From NCBI GenBank assembly GCA_030704615.1, contig CM060731.1, forward strand, positions 12,276,001 through 12,340,000: DNA of 64,000 bases, read 5' to 3'. Position numbers and translations under genes: made by a program. Shown piece after piece: positions 1 to 13,329 of this stretch (its first letter is position 1; each line of letters starts with the position of its first letter). A model generated the notes under the pieces. That model had not been told where the DNA came from. It saw only the letters and a list, made by a program, of their open reading frames with translations, and made no database searches. The stretch comes from Takakia lepidozioides (Eukaryota > Plantae > Bryophyta).

Positions 1-373
1 TTGCGTGCATCAAGCTCAAGCTTCCCACACCGATTTCTTGTATCGAGAGCGCTGTCCGCAAGAAAAATGTCGTCAACACATGATTTGTCTTAAAAAATGA
101 GTGTCTGAAAGTTGTAAAGTTGATGTATGTGCTTAAAAAACGCGCGGATTATTTTTTGAGTGTTTTTGAGCCAAGAGAGCCGAATTGCACACAGACAGTG
201 AAGAACTAGAACACTGGCAGGTCTGAATCATTAAAAAATAAAAATCCGTGATCGCTAGTGTTGGTGGTTTCGATTTTCTTCAATAGTTTTAATAAACAAA
301 ATCGGGATCGTCAAAGTTTAAACGCATAGCCGTCCGTGGTATTTGTATCAGAAACGGCAAAACATCGACAGAA

Positions 374-1982
374 TGTCGCGCACCTCACTTCGGTAAGCTC
401 CCCCTCAAGTCATAGTTACTCGCTTTGATGCGCGCGCCTGACTCCCAACCTGGCCGCCGGGCCAACTTGGAGCTTCGGCTGCTCACCGGGGCATAACGGT
501 CCCCCTTTGTTCTCCCAAAGAACCCTCCACCGATTTGGAACGAGCGGGAATTCCCTTTGGTAGTTGGTAGTCCGGAACAGCTCCCCACTCTTTGGTCGCT
601 TTCCGGCTCGCTCGCTTACCGGCTCGCTCGCTTACTCACTAGTTTTTGGTCACCAACGGGCTTGCACCGTTCTCAGGGTACTACTCCCTATATATACTTC
701 TGTAGCTGTCCGCGGGGGTTTCACAACCAGCCATGCCATTTTATGGCGAACCACCACGAAAACCCTCGACTCCCGGTGATGAGTCGGGGTGAGTCTTGGC
801 CCACTTACCACGGCCCCTATGGACCGTGATGAGTCCCAAGACTCCCCACGATTCCCACCATGAGGTCTCCGCCCCCATGGTGAGTCCTATGCCACCCCCA
901 CTAAGTCCCGCTAAGCTACCACCACCCCTTGTGGAGCCACCCCCATCGCAACCCGGTGTGCGGGGCTCCACCTAGTGAGCGCCTCTGCCTCCTTGAGTGC
1001 CTTGGGCACTCAAGGGTGCTTCAGCCCCCCCATACCTATCGCTGCCGCTGCCCCCACCACAGGGGCAGCCCCTCATGTGTCCCGACCCCCCTTCCCTCAA
1101 GGCAAAGGGTCGCGACACACACCCCTACCAACAGGGAGTCGATGTCCTCATCGACTTGTCCATTTTGTTGAAACGAACATCCAAGTTGTGGCGTCCCACA
1201 TCAAGGAGTTTGTTTCCGTACCATGGCGTCCCATGGCAAAGAACCAAACCCCACACTTGACTCCACTAGCTAGTTCGGCCGACTTCCTCCAAGTCCCGGC
1301 CAGGGGTGGAGCCTCTCAAGCTCCTCCTAGTGCACTCTTCTTGGCCTTCTTCAAGGTCAAGGAACGATCCTCCCCGAGGATCGAATCGCCTTACTGTAAC
1401 AACATTGCTTGCGATCGCTCCTGATGCCGCTTTTAGCATCACTTTGTGCAAGGGTTCACCTCGAACCCCCTTTGACTAGGAAGATAACCTTGAACCAACC
1501 GTGTGCCCCAATCACTACAATTGGGTCCGTCTTGGAATGCTGGCCTGAGGTACGGGAACACGTCGAAGCCGCACTACGACTTCGTCTCGAGGCTACACGA
1601 TTATAGTACGTGAACGGAAGCACATAGCTCCCGCGTTAGCCCGCACAACAAGGCAACCACCTCGGTAGCGCAGTTATAGTACGCGCTCGCGCCAGGTGCG
1701 CACTAGCACGTGAACTCCCAAAGAAGGCGCATGTTTCCTTGCCCTTTGGATGGGAGTCACCCGATTTCGGCACTGCGCAAACACACGATTAACCCAATTT
1801 ACCTCTCCCACTTTTGTAAGCTAGCATGTATTCTACACACTAGCCAACCACACCATGCATCACCATTCCAAACAAAATAGGACACAGAACATTTGGAGCC
1901 CATTTCCTTTATAACAAATTTTTGTACAATACAAGTTTTTGCAATCAGATTCCTGAGCTAGCTAAGCCGGGCTAAGCATGCA
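374..1982 (-). repeat. Putative 3' LTR of the chromovirus (TG...CA)
   Basis: Starts right after the PPT on the minus strand. The far end is placed at TG 374 where composition changes. TATATA at about 689. No second LTR is present to confirm the distal boundary. Confidence 0.55.
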
Positions 1983-4790
1983 TTTCCTCCCCCACGCTCC
2001 AAGGTTCAACGCTTCTTCTGCTTTTGAGGTCGCCCTTCGAAAACTGCAATCGCCTCGGATGCGTTTCCCATTTCTGAGGCACGCACCCAAGATGCCTCCA
2101 CATGATGATAGCCCTTCCATTTGACGAGATATTCCGTTTATTGGTTCTTGAACCTCCTCGACTTAAGTACTGCCTCCACCTCGTACTCGGGTTCATTTTC
2201 ATGATCCAACAGCACAGGTGGCGGACGCAACACTTGATGCCGATTCGGACGCGCTTCATCTTTGAAGTAAGGCTTCAAAAGGGAGACGTGAAATACTGGA
2301 TGCACCTTGCTGTTTGCCGGCAGCTCCAATTCATACATATCCTCATTCATAACCTTCCGGATGCGAAAGGGTCCCGCATATGAAGGTACGATCTTTGGAC
2401 TCACTTCCGGAGGTAGTCGGAAATTCTTGATGTTCAACCAGACCTCCGTGCCTGCCTCAAACTTCACTTCCCTCCGCTTCCGATTCGTCTGCCTTTCATA
2501 CCATTTCCTAGCTTTGGCAATGTTGTACTTTGCGAGCTTCAACAAACGCTCGCGTTCTTCTAGTACCGCTGCTACTGCCGGTTCCTCAACGTCCTGGGCG
2601 GCCCAACTTGTCGGCACCAGAGGTGCTTTTCCATAGACCAATACAAAAGGGGAAACTCCCGTTGCGGAGTGTTCTGTGTTATTATAACATAACTCTGCCG
2701 CGTCTAAGTGTTCCACCCAGTCTGTTTGGTCTGCCGACACGTAATTCCGCAAGATCTGCTTCACTACGGAATTCACTCTTTCTGTTTGGCCGTCGGTCGT
2801 AGGTCGGAAGGCGGTGCTCATCTTCAGCCTCGTCCCCATCTTCTTCCAAAGTGTCCTCCAAAATTTACTCGTACCTTTGGATCGCGGTCCGAGACAATAT
2901 CCTTCGGGACTCCATGATGCTTTAAGACGTTGGCGAAGTAAAGTCACCCCGTCTCCTGCGCCGTTGCCATCTCTTTGGTGGGGATGAAATGGACCATTTT
3001 ACTGAACCTATCCACCACCACCATGATTGCATCGAATCCTTTTGACAGCGGCATAGCAGTCATGAAATCCATCGAGACGCTCTCCCAAGTCCCCTCTGGA
3101 ATCGGCAAGGGTTGTAACAGCCCCGCTTGCTTTTTGTACTCGCTCCGGTTTTGTTGGCATGTCGTGCACCTCTGCCTCCTCCCTGAGTTTGGGCCAGAAA
3201 TACTCTTTCTTCAAGAGTGCCGCGGTACGCTTGGCTCCGCCGTGGCCCGCAAGCGGGCCATCAAGGCATTCTCTCAAGAGACTATCTCTGATCCCTCCCT
3301 TCGGCACATAGAGGCGCTTTTGCTTATACCGGAGCAGTCTATTTTGCAAATGGAACTGCGATTTAATCCCCATCCTCAAGTCCTGCATCACGGACTTCGC
3401 CAGCTCATCCTTCCGGCAAGCCTTCCGGATCTTCCTTTGGAGCGTCGTCTCGCCCTTGTACACCAACAATAGCTGCTGCTTTCTACTTAAAGCATCGGCT
3501 ACCACGTTGTCTCGTCCCGATTTGTACTGGATATCCACGTCAAACACTGCCAAAGTATCTTGCCACCTAAGTTGTTTTGGGGACAACTTGGGCTGCGTGG
3601 CAAAATACTTCACCGTGACATTGTCCGTGAACACCTTCACTGGGTTGGAACCAACATAGTGGCGCCAAAGCTCAAGACAGTGCACCACCGCCTTCATCTC
3701 TTTCTCGTGCGTCGGCCACCGTCGCTCCACTTCATTCAGTTTCTTACTTTCGTAAGCCACTGGACGTCCATCTTGCATCAGTACACCCCCAATCGCGAAG
3801 TCCGACGCATCTGTATGTATCTCGAACGGACGATCGAACTCCGGGATTTTCAAGACTGGAGCTTCCGCCATCCGCTGCTTCAATTCAGCAAAAGCTTGGC
3901 CACACAAGGTGTTCCATACCTTGACTTTGGATTTACACAGAAGGTCTAACAACGGCCCTGCGATCTTGGCGAAATTTCTCACATACTTCCGGTAATAGGA
4001 GGCGAGTCCTAGGAAGGATCGCACTCCCGGGACCGAAGTCGGAGGCTCCCAGTCCAAGATCGCCCTCACCTTTCTATCATCCATTTTGATCCCATCTTGT
4101 GTAATCACATGCCCCAGGAACTCCACTTTTGTGACCCCGAATTCGCACTTTGAAGCTTTGGCATACAGCTTCCCTTCTCGCAATTTTTGGAACACCCTTT
4201 TCAGGTGCTCTAGGTGCTCCTCCTTTGTTTTCGAGTACACCAAGATGTCGTCGATGTACACGATCACAAAGTCATCCAACCACTCCTGAAAAAGGCTGTT
4301 CATCAGCGTGCTAAATGTCGCTGGTGCATTGGTGAGCCCAAAAGGCATCACCAAGAACTCATATGAACCATACCTTGTCCTGCACGCGGTCTTCTCCTCA
4401 TCTCCTTCCGCCACCCGAATTTGATGATAGCCGGAGCGCAAGTCGATCCGGCTGAAATACTTCGCTCCTGCCAACCGATCGAAGAGGTCGTCGATCCTTG
4501 GCAAAGGGTACCGGTTTTTGATAGTCACCTTATTTAGAGCCCTGTAATCGACACACATCCGCAGCATCCCATCCTTTTTATCTGCAAATAGCACCGGGGC
4601 TCCGTAAGGTGACTTACTCGGCCGGATATACCCCTTTGACATTAGATCTTTGAGCTGAGTCTTCAGCTCGACCAACTCTCTGTGGCTCAACCGGTAGGGC
4701 GCCTTGGCAGGCGGTTCGGATCCCGGTATCACCTCAATCTTGTGGTCAACTCCTCTTCGCGGTGGCAAACCGCTTGGTAAACTCATGCTC
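374..4790 (-). mobile_element. Ty3/gypsy chromovirus LTR retrotransposon, 5'-truncated (RT-RNaseH-integrase-chromodomain + 3' LTR)
   Basis: Minus-strand pol with RT ([13 protein letters not shown]), RNase H (TDASD), integrase (TDGQTERVN, GPF) and a chromodomain (EYEVEAVL...EYLVKWKGY). A purine tract GGGGGAGGAAA (1983-1993, minus) precedes TG at 1982. No gag, protease or 5' LTR; the sequence breaks at about 4790. Confidence 0.93.
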
Positions 4791-4792
4791 AT
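2030..4792 (-). pseudogene. Gypsy pol (RT, RNase H, integrase, chromodomain) with frameshifts and a stop
   Basis: ORFs 3008-4792 and 2138-2947 plus intervening frames ([24 protein letters not shown]). A stop interrupts the chromodomain after RRFKNQ. Confidence 0.92.
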
Positions 4793-4799
4793 GAAATAG

Positions 4800-7700
4800 C
4801 TAACCTCCTATGGTTGCAGAAGAAGGGAAAGTTAAAGCTTCTTAGCTTAAGTCACCATGGAAATGACCTTATGTCATACAAAAGATGTATGATAACAACA
4901 CAGCCATATTAAAAACCATTAATAAAGAGATGCTTGGAAGAGTCAATGCCAATAAGTTGAAGGGATACAATGGTATCCATGATAAACCATTGCAGTATGA
5001 TTTGCATTTTGAAACACAGATGCAGTCACAGATTACACTGGTAACACCAACGGAGCATGAAGCACTAGTCGTAAAGCCAAATGTGTATGGCCTTAGCAGA
5101 GAACACGTGTGTTCACACAGACATCACAGCCCACCACAGTGTAACACAACCTATCACAACTCCCCATTGTGTGACACAGTCTGTCACAGCCCGACACAGC
5201 CCACACAGGTTGCACAGTCCATAGGGTCAGTGACAGGTGGACGCGGGTTAACGTCAGAAAAGTGGCCGGTGAGCGTAAAGGCAGTTTGGAAGTCAAACTC
5301 GGAGAATGTGCCATGCAGACAGAAGGAGACGGAAAAGTGTTTGAATTCAAACACGTGGCCTAAGGGGCAAAGCACTCCGCATTGCGTGTACTGCAATAGC
5401 GGGCCCCATCATGCAAAAAGACAAACGGGGCCGTCAAAGTACCTACCCGGTACATCAGCCGAAACTAATTACGGGGCCATTAATGCATCTAGGAGGCAGG
5501 TAACGGAACCCTTTACGCATACAGCAAAGGGGGACCTTTGCCACATGTGATGTCCTAGTGGGCATTCCAAGTGGGAATGTGAACAGATGGGGGTAAAATT
5601 GAGAAGTTACCCGATGAGGCAACAGCTAATCAGGAACGTGAATTTCATGCAAGTGGTTCCCTCCAAAAAACAAGAACAAGAAATTAAAAAAGTTATGAGC
5701 GGAAGAGTAGGGGTTGCTCCAAATAACCAGCGTCTCGACGGGAGGGGCAATCAAAGCTATAGCTTTGTAGCTATGGCGGATATTATAGAATACGCTAGCT
5801 TTACTTCTTACGCAGTGGCGCAAGGACGGACGGGGCAAAAGTACATTCTCTCTCACTCACTATTTGCAAGCCCCACAAGCTTACACTCACTTACCCGTTC
5901 CATTCTGTGCCAACCATACATTCATGCTTTACGCCCTGCAAGCTTTCCTACAGCTATTCCAAACAAGGCCTTCTTGTTTGTCTGGGATGAAGAGAATTAG
6001 GGGAATGAACCACGATTCTACAGAAGCAGACAATTGCTACACCACAGGCAGTGCAGCTGCTGAAGGAGTTGCGATTGGAAGGGCTGCTATGCAAAGAGTG
6101 GTCCTTGCATCATCGGGGGTTGATGATCCAATTTATTCAGAACTTTGAGCCTCGGTCAGGAGTTACTCAGGTGAAGTGAGTGGATATAGAGATTACTCCC
6201 CAGTATTTGCAACAACTGTTCGAATTGCCATTTGGTCAGATGAATGTGGATGAGCACATGGCAAGATTGCAAATAGGGGATTTGTTCCAAGAAATGAGTT
6301 TATTTAGGACCTAGGGATACACCTGCACCAAGGCCGAGTACCCAGGGTTAAGGGAAGTAGGCCAAATACTGAACGTTATGTTTGCCATGAAACAGAATCA
6401 ACAATACCTTAGTAGATCTTTCACAGAGGAAGGTACTGAAAGCCTTGAGAAGAGTGGGCGGAGATGATGTACAATGGTCTGGTGGAGGAGATGAAGCGGT
6501 TACAAAATACTACTGCTAAGTCCCCAATCATTCTGTCTGGCCCAATAATTACGCAAATTATTATTTACTCTTGTTTGCTTGATGCGCGAGAACGCAAGGA
6601 GATGGGAGTGTTTGAGACAGCCACAACTGCAGTTGAGGAGCAGGGCTCTTCACAAGGTGAAGGGGGATTGGAGGGGCAGCACCAGTCCAAGATACAGAAG
6701 CGGGATGCGACCGTAGTGGCAGATCCACTAGCTACAAGGAAAATGATGTTTCTATAGCGCTTGTGTAGGATGAGGAGCAGCATGGGGCTGTTATTGCTGG
6801 AAGCACGACAGGGAGGAGGAAGTTACTTCAGTGCCATAGCCACCACAACCAGTTGACTCGGTTGCCCCAGGGGTAACTCAGATGGTACATGCTGTCACAC
6901 CGGAGCCTCTTGCTATGGAAGGAGAAGGGTTGGGCATCCCCACTACAGAGCAGGTAGTGGCAGAAATTGAGAAGGGTGACCTTCTCTATGAAAACTCTGG
7001 CATGGTCGGAGAATCAATAGTGCCAACGAAACAGAGTCTGCTCAGGGAAAGCCTTGCTGTGCAAGTTATGCCCAAACCTGTGACAGAGGTTAAAGGGGTA
7101 GAGTGCAAGGGCACTGCAGCACCTGTGGAGGATGAGGTTGCTCAGGAAGAAGATCTTGTGGGATCATGGCCTGAATGGTTGGTGAAACATCACACTGTGG
7201 AGAATCAGGAGGACCAGCAGCAAGTTCTCTATGAAGACCCACAACAGGCCATGCTTATGAATTCCATAAGCAGGACACTTAATTTGTTGGGCACCTATGT
7301 GAAATCCCATGTTCCTTCCACACAATTGGCAGCATTGAGGGAGGAGCTCAAACAAGAATTTGAGGCAAGAATTGCCACTAAGTGTGCAAATAAGGTGGAT
7401 GTGGAGGCCAACCTCAAGTTGCAGAAAGAGTTGGAGGACACGAGGGCTGCCCTACAGCTTGCAAGAGAAAACTTAATTGAAGCAGGACTGGAGCAGGAGA
7501 AGTTGCATGAATTACATAAGCAACAGCTATACCAGTTGCAAGTGAATCATGAGGGCAAACTGCAGGAAGTGAAATTATTTCATACAGAGTTGGAAACAGT
7601 TCATCAGAAAATGACTAGTCAATGTGTCACACTAACAACTACTCTGGAGCTGACTGCATTGGAGGTTAAGAATCAAGTTGAGAGATGTTTAATGGTGGAG

Positions 7701-8600
7701 GCTGAATCAGTGGAGCAGGCAAAACTCATTGCTGACTTGAAGGCTACTATCCGTCGCAATGAGAATACCTTTCAACAGTACAATCAGGTTGAAGCTCAGA
7801 AGGACAGGTACATCCTGGAGTTGCAGCAAACAATCACGGCACGAAAGAATGCGCTTTCTGTGACTAACAAGGCTTGGAAAGAAACCAATAATCTGTCTGC
7901 TGCCTATGCAGCTCTGGTTGAACCTCATGCAAAGCGCATAGAGAGTTTGCAGCAGCAGTTGCAAACATATAGACTCAAGGATGAGCAGGATCTCCGGGGT
8001 GCTACACAGGACTTGGTGGATAATCATCTTTTGCAAGAGTGGCGGTGGAAAGGAAGGCACCAAGAAAGCTCACCCAGGAGGAGATGAATGATCTCAGGTT
8101 GCAGGTGCAGAACATTGCCACAACCACTAGAGACAATGTCTATAGTCGAATAGCTGAGTTGCAGAATGATGTGCAAGGGTTGCAAACTCAAGTGGATGAC
8201 TTAAGCTCCAACATTGACAAAAGAGCCTTTGTTCTTGAGGAACAGCTGGTGGCTGCTTATTTGCATGCGCGGACTCTGATTTTCCAATCTTCATCACAGG
8301 AGGTACAGGACTTGCCCACAACAGGAGGGACAGTGGCGCCAATATCACAGCAACCACAGCAGGTCGACACTGTTGATACCATGGCTTTGCAACAATCTGA
8401 GGTTTGGGGGGATGCTTATTTTAATCCACCTAAGACCAACGACGCAATGGCGTGAGCGCGCAAGCGGACGCTCACACAGGAGTGACGTGGCGTGAGCGTC
8501 ATGTCAGCATGTTGATGTGGTGGCAAATGATGACGTGGCATTGTCTGTCATCTGCCACATCAGCATTAACATGCGCCGCCTATAATCGAGGATGGTCCTA
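4800..8600 (+). mobile_element. 3' portion of a non-chromovirus gypsy (Tat/Athila-like) element: integrase C-terminus, extra ORF region, PPT and start of LTR
   Basis: WK*PYVIQKMYDNNTAILKTINKEMLGRVNANKLKGY (about 4858-4970) matches the GPY/F...VN..LK.Y integrase tail. About 3.4 kb of extra ORFs follow, then GGGGGGA+TG at 8406-8414 and a hairpin-rich LTR-like stretch. Confidence 0.6.
6882..8455 (+). pseudogene. Extra ORF of the retroelement: long coiled-coil (E/Q/L-rich) protein, frameshifted near 8040
   Basis: ORFs 6882-8087 and 8039-8455 overlap and are heptad-like. They lie between the integrase tail and the PPT. Upstream fragments (about 5750-6760) are probably part of the same decayed ORF. 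Confidence 0.5.
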
Positions 8601-9010
8601 TGACCTTGGAATTAATGCAGGGAATCTTGCCTAAATAGAATCAAGACTACCATGAGGCCTACAATTGTAGCATCCAACATTGTGCAATTACAAATGTTTG
8701 TTTCACTTTTACAATTACGAGGACGAGAAAATATCCTCACAAAGTGTGCGCCATAGAGGCTGCCACGGGAAGACCTTCCTCCCTCCTCAAATAACAATGA
8801 GAGCTAGGATCATCTTCAAAAGATGATTGTAGTGCATAGCGACAGCAAGACATGTAGACTTCGAACGGTGCAATGACAAATGTGCTTTTAAAAGTTGCCA
8901 CTCATAGCTCACTTAGTATAGTTGGAGGCCATATCATTGCACCGCCGACGAATTGATGTGAATTACACATTTCAAATCATGGTCGTCCACATACCACATT
9001 GCATAGTATA

Positions 9011-12000
9011 CTACCCATGTGTTGTATCCCGCTGCAATAGAGTATCGACCTCGTTGAAACTCATAATGGCCTGGTGAATGAAGTTGTCACGTTTGGGATC
9101 GCAAACCATCCTCTTCAAAAATATGAAATACAAATGTTTGCAGGGTATGAATTTACCTCTTTTGCCCAAACTGGTTGATAGCATATTCACAAAATCAGGA
9201 CATGTGCAATTGGGGAAATTGGAAACCGTGATGTCGTAGGTCCTGTCATGAACAGCAGATGTGGAAGTGATGATTGTGAATACCCGACCATATCCTGGAT
9301 CGGGCACTTCCGTGGTGCTTCCAACACGAGCTTGGAGCATTCTTACGGACTCCACTTTGCCAAAGTTTTCAGCGGTTGGAGGGAAACGCCGAACAAGCTT
9401 TCCATCTCGTTTGGTTGGCCACAAGTCAGGACTTGCCGGGGGGACCCAGGAGGACGCAGAAATAGTAGCACATGCATGGAGTTGGGGTTGTCTCGCAAGG
9501 GAAAAGCTTGCCTCCTCCAGCATTTCAATCTCCTAAAATCTGAGATGTGTTCCCACCTTCACGGGCCAAACGGTTGGAGGAGATGGCTTCATCACTATGG
9601 AAGGACGCACAATTCCATGCACACATCTGGCACAATCATCTGCGCAGAACCAGAATTTGTGGTTTTTGGCTTTGGTTGACCGTATGGACGCATCAAACCC
9701 GTGAAAGTCGGAGCAGGAGTTCGGGCACCACCTCTGGATATAGATGAAGTGCACTTCTCAAAATTAGTTGCCCTGATCGCTGTACATTTCACATGAGACC
9801 CTGCACTTGTGCGTTCTATGTGCCAAACGTGGTCGGGGCATGCGGACTCAAGCACATCAAGGGGGTTGTTTCTCTCCTGCACCATTTCAGTGGCACTGTT
9901 TGATGTTGGAGCTTGCTGTCGTGTTGGAGGTTCCTCCAGAATGGAGGTTCCGGACATGGAGCTGTCATGCAGGGGAACACAAGGCTTCGAGAAGTTATCA
10001 CGGTCTGCCCTGTGCAAGTCGGAATCCGAACCAGGTGGAGTGTTCAATTTCCTCTTACAGGAGCCGAATCTCTCCTCCCCTTCAAGATGTGGAACTCTAG
10101 AAACAAATGGCGTTCCTTGGGCATACATGCTCACCGCCCGTGCTATCTTGATTGGATCCCTAGATCTGTTTGCAGCACGCAACATCAACTCCTATTTGTC
10201 CGGACCCTTGCCACCAACCCCACCTCGCAAGAAATCACGGTATCGGGTTTGTTGTTGCAAGGCACATATCAAATCATCTGTTGTTGCCACATACAAATCC
10301 CGACCTCGTTTCCCAGACTGCTGCAACCATGCGTTGTGCACAGTTTCTGCCAAATTGCAAGATGGCATGTCCGCCATTTCCTCAATGGACATGTTCTGCA
10401 AAGTGGAGAACCACACTTCAAAACAGTGAACAAGAAACAACATAAAGAAAGCGAGGAGACAATAAAATGGAAAGTAAATGTATGAATAAAGCAAGAAATA
10501 TAAGCCTCGTACCACTGCCATGGCTGCTCCCCACTGTCTATACCGTAAGTGCCAAAACGCCTGCCAATCTTCCAATGCTCTCATACTCTCAAGTGATGCA
10601 GCTCCAGAAGAGAACCACCAGGCAGGAATTGTCTGGAACAAAGAGTCCGCCTCCTTCATTGTTCTAGCATCTTTGTACTCTTTGCACAATTTACGGTGCC
10701 GAGTCTGCATCTCTGGTTTGATGTCCGACTTTGTATGTTTTTCCAGAGATTGTGTCCAATGGAATAGACATGTACGCTCTCTTCCTCGCATTGGCACTTT
10801 TGGGTCGCCCGATCCGAAGACAATACGAACAGCATTGAAATTTGCTTGAGCACTATCCGCCATGAAACCTGCGAAATTTGGAGATGACAGCCCATGACAC
10901 GTATCAGGGAATTCCACATGAGCTTCTGGGATTCCGTATCCTTGGATTGCATGTCATAAACTGCAATTGTCATAACTCGTTGGTACACTAGATCGTAGAC
11001 ATGACAAGCCATTGTCGCCCAATCCTTCACTCGTTTCACATGATCAAACATAAGAAAACAGTTCTACAAGTCCCCAGTCTTCTGCATCCGCTTCACGAGG
11101 CTAACCCCACTGCCCTCCCCAACAGTCGACATTTTGAAAAAAAAAAATTTGATGGCACCTTGACCTGGGAATACATTGTCCTGGATGTAATCGTACTTGC
11201 TCACTCGTTTCAACTCTAAAATGTTGTCTATGTAGCCTCTGATACTAGAGCCCATTCTTAATGCATTGATCTGATGCCGAATGTTAGGTGAACTCAAAGT
11301 GGAGAAATGATCCATGACCAGGTCCAATGCTGCACCGTCAAGTTTAGTCCCCACAGAATCCACTTCACTCAAAATATGGCTTTCCAAGAAGGACTTGTTT
11401 GCGCCAAGAGCAATTGCAGATGTTGTTGCGGATGGTTCTCCCAAACTCTTGTTTAATCAACCTCGATACTGTCTCAACACTCTCCCTGTAATCCCCCTTC
11501 GAGACAGGATGGTTATGGAATCCAAAATGCACACAAGCTCTTGTCATTGTTTTCAAACGGTGGACAACATAGTACATTCTTGCTCCGCAGAGCGCCAAGC
11601 AAGATGGCACAAGTTTGCAGAATTTGCAGACGAAAGTGTTTGCCGGTGGTGGGGCAGTCCCAGGCTGAAATGGATTTTCCGCCAGACCCTCCCATTCGCT
11701 TTGATTATGAACCCCAAACTGAAGAAAGTGTCTGCAATTCAAATTATCACACCTAAGGTGTCCATTGCAAACTGTTCTCCTGAAAACAAGCTTGTCATCA
11801 TTCTGAATATTGGATGTTTTTGTTCTGCACCACGGGTGCCCGTCGTGTTTCTTGTCCATTCCATGCATCATGATTGTTACACCTCCAACTCGCGGAGCAG
11901 GAGGCAGCTCGAATAGGATATCGCCATCAAAAGTCTTAGGCAATAACTTCACACGCATGTGCTTCAAAGATTCCCAATCAATTCCTCGCAACTCACTTTT

Positions 12001-12364
12001 GAATCCAACCATTCCTCCCATCGCCCGTAGTTTTGGAATGACACTACAAATCTCTTCTTCATTAGCTTCTCCAACCACAGTAGGAAGGACTGGATTTGGA
12101 ATTTCACTTATGTCATTATCGGACGAATCCGAAAGCTCAACGATTGGAGTGGAGGACGTCTGTTCTTTTTTCACCACCACCTCCCTCTTGTCTTCAACGA
12201 CCGAAGCAGCAGTCCCGGGCGTCACATATGATCCAAGGGACTTTCGCCAAGGCTCTCCAAGTACTCTGTATCGACCTGGGCACACTCTCCACCAGCTAAC
12301 ATGAGCCGTCTCATCACGGTTTTGGAAAGAGTATTTCAACAACTTCCCTTTCAAATCATACACC
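9011..12364 (-). pseudogene. Mutator-like transposase: GCM/WRKY-type Zn finger + DDE + Cys-rich region + SWIM (main part)
   Basis: HDGHPWCRT...CNGHLRCDNLNC...CKFC...RACVHFGFHNHP (GCM-like). MFDHVKRV (D1), FMADSAQ (D2), TCLFHW (CxxH), NLAETVH (E). SWIM CTCPDF..PCKH. GT-AG intron 10396-10512. Several frameshifts and stops. Confidence 0.85.
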
Positions 12365-13329
12365 CACTACAACAGATGAGCGTTTTTATGACTGCACATA
12401 TGACTATTTTTTCAGTCCTATATGCGTTCATGACTACATCACTTTGCAGTGAAAAAAACCCTGTCATAGCGACTAGTCTTTAGGACTGCGTTTTGCAACT
12501 CATAGCCGTGACTGCGTGCGTGGCACCTGGAGTCATGTTGCAGAGAGCGATATAGTCACAACTATATGATTTATATATGATTAATTATATGACTACATGT
12601 CTACAAAGTATATGACTCCATTGGAGTGGCGTCAGAGGGACACATGTAGCACTCCAGATGTGACACGTGTCCACATGGATAACATATATGACCTACACGT
12701 GGGAAAGAATATCGTATCATATAATGTCATGATGCCATGATGTAGTCATGAGTATATAATTTCATGACTAAAGAGGTTTTTTAATCATATTTTAATTTAA
12801 TAAATTAAATCATACAATTATAATATTTAGATTATTAATTAATTTAAATTCTCATTAGGTTTCTAGGAAAATAGAATGGAAGCCATTGTTGTCTTTTATT
12901 TATTTATTTTTATTTTTGTTAACAAAGAAGGACAGTGGGGGGACAGTGGCCTCCAGAACTTTATAGGTAATGGACATAAAATGTCCTTGGATACAAAGAG
13001 GAAAAAATAACCTCTGGATAGAGTGCCATAGAGGCTGAAAGAGGAAGACACAGCTTCGCGTACCAAGACAAGAAAGAGTAGTAAGAAGGAAAGCAAGTAA
13101 AGAAGGGGGTCTGCATAGAGCTAAAGAGTCTAGCAGGAAAAGAGACTGCAGCCAGAAAGTACTGCCATAACTTGGAAACAGAAAGGCACCGAGCTGAGGA
13201 GAAGAACTGAAAATCAGCTAACACTGTCATAAGAAAGCTGGGCCCTAGCCTTTCACTTCCTAAAAGATCTACAGATGGAGAGACATCCCTGCAGGGGTCG
13301 TGCTCTTCAGCTCAAAACCAACCAATTGA

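Noticed and set aside
385-1606. Short ORFs within the gypsy LTR
   Set aside because: No recognisable domains; consistent with chance ORFs in a GC-rich LTR.
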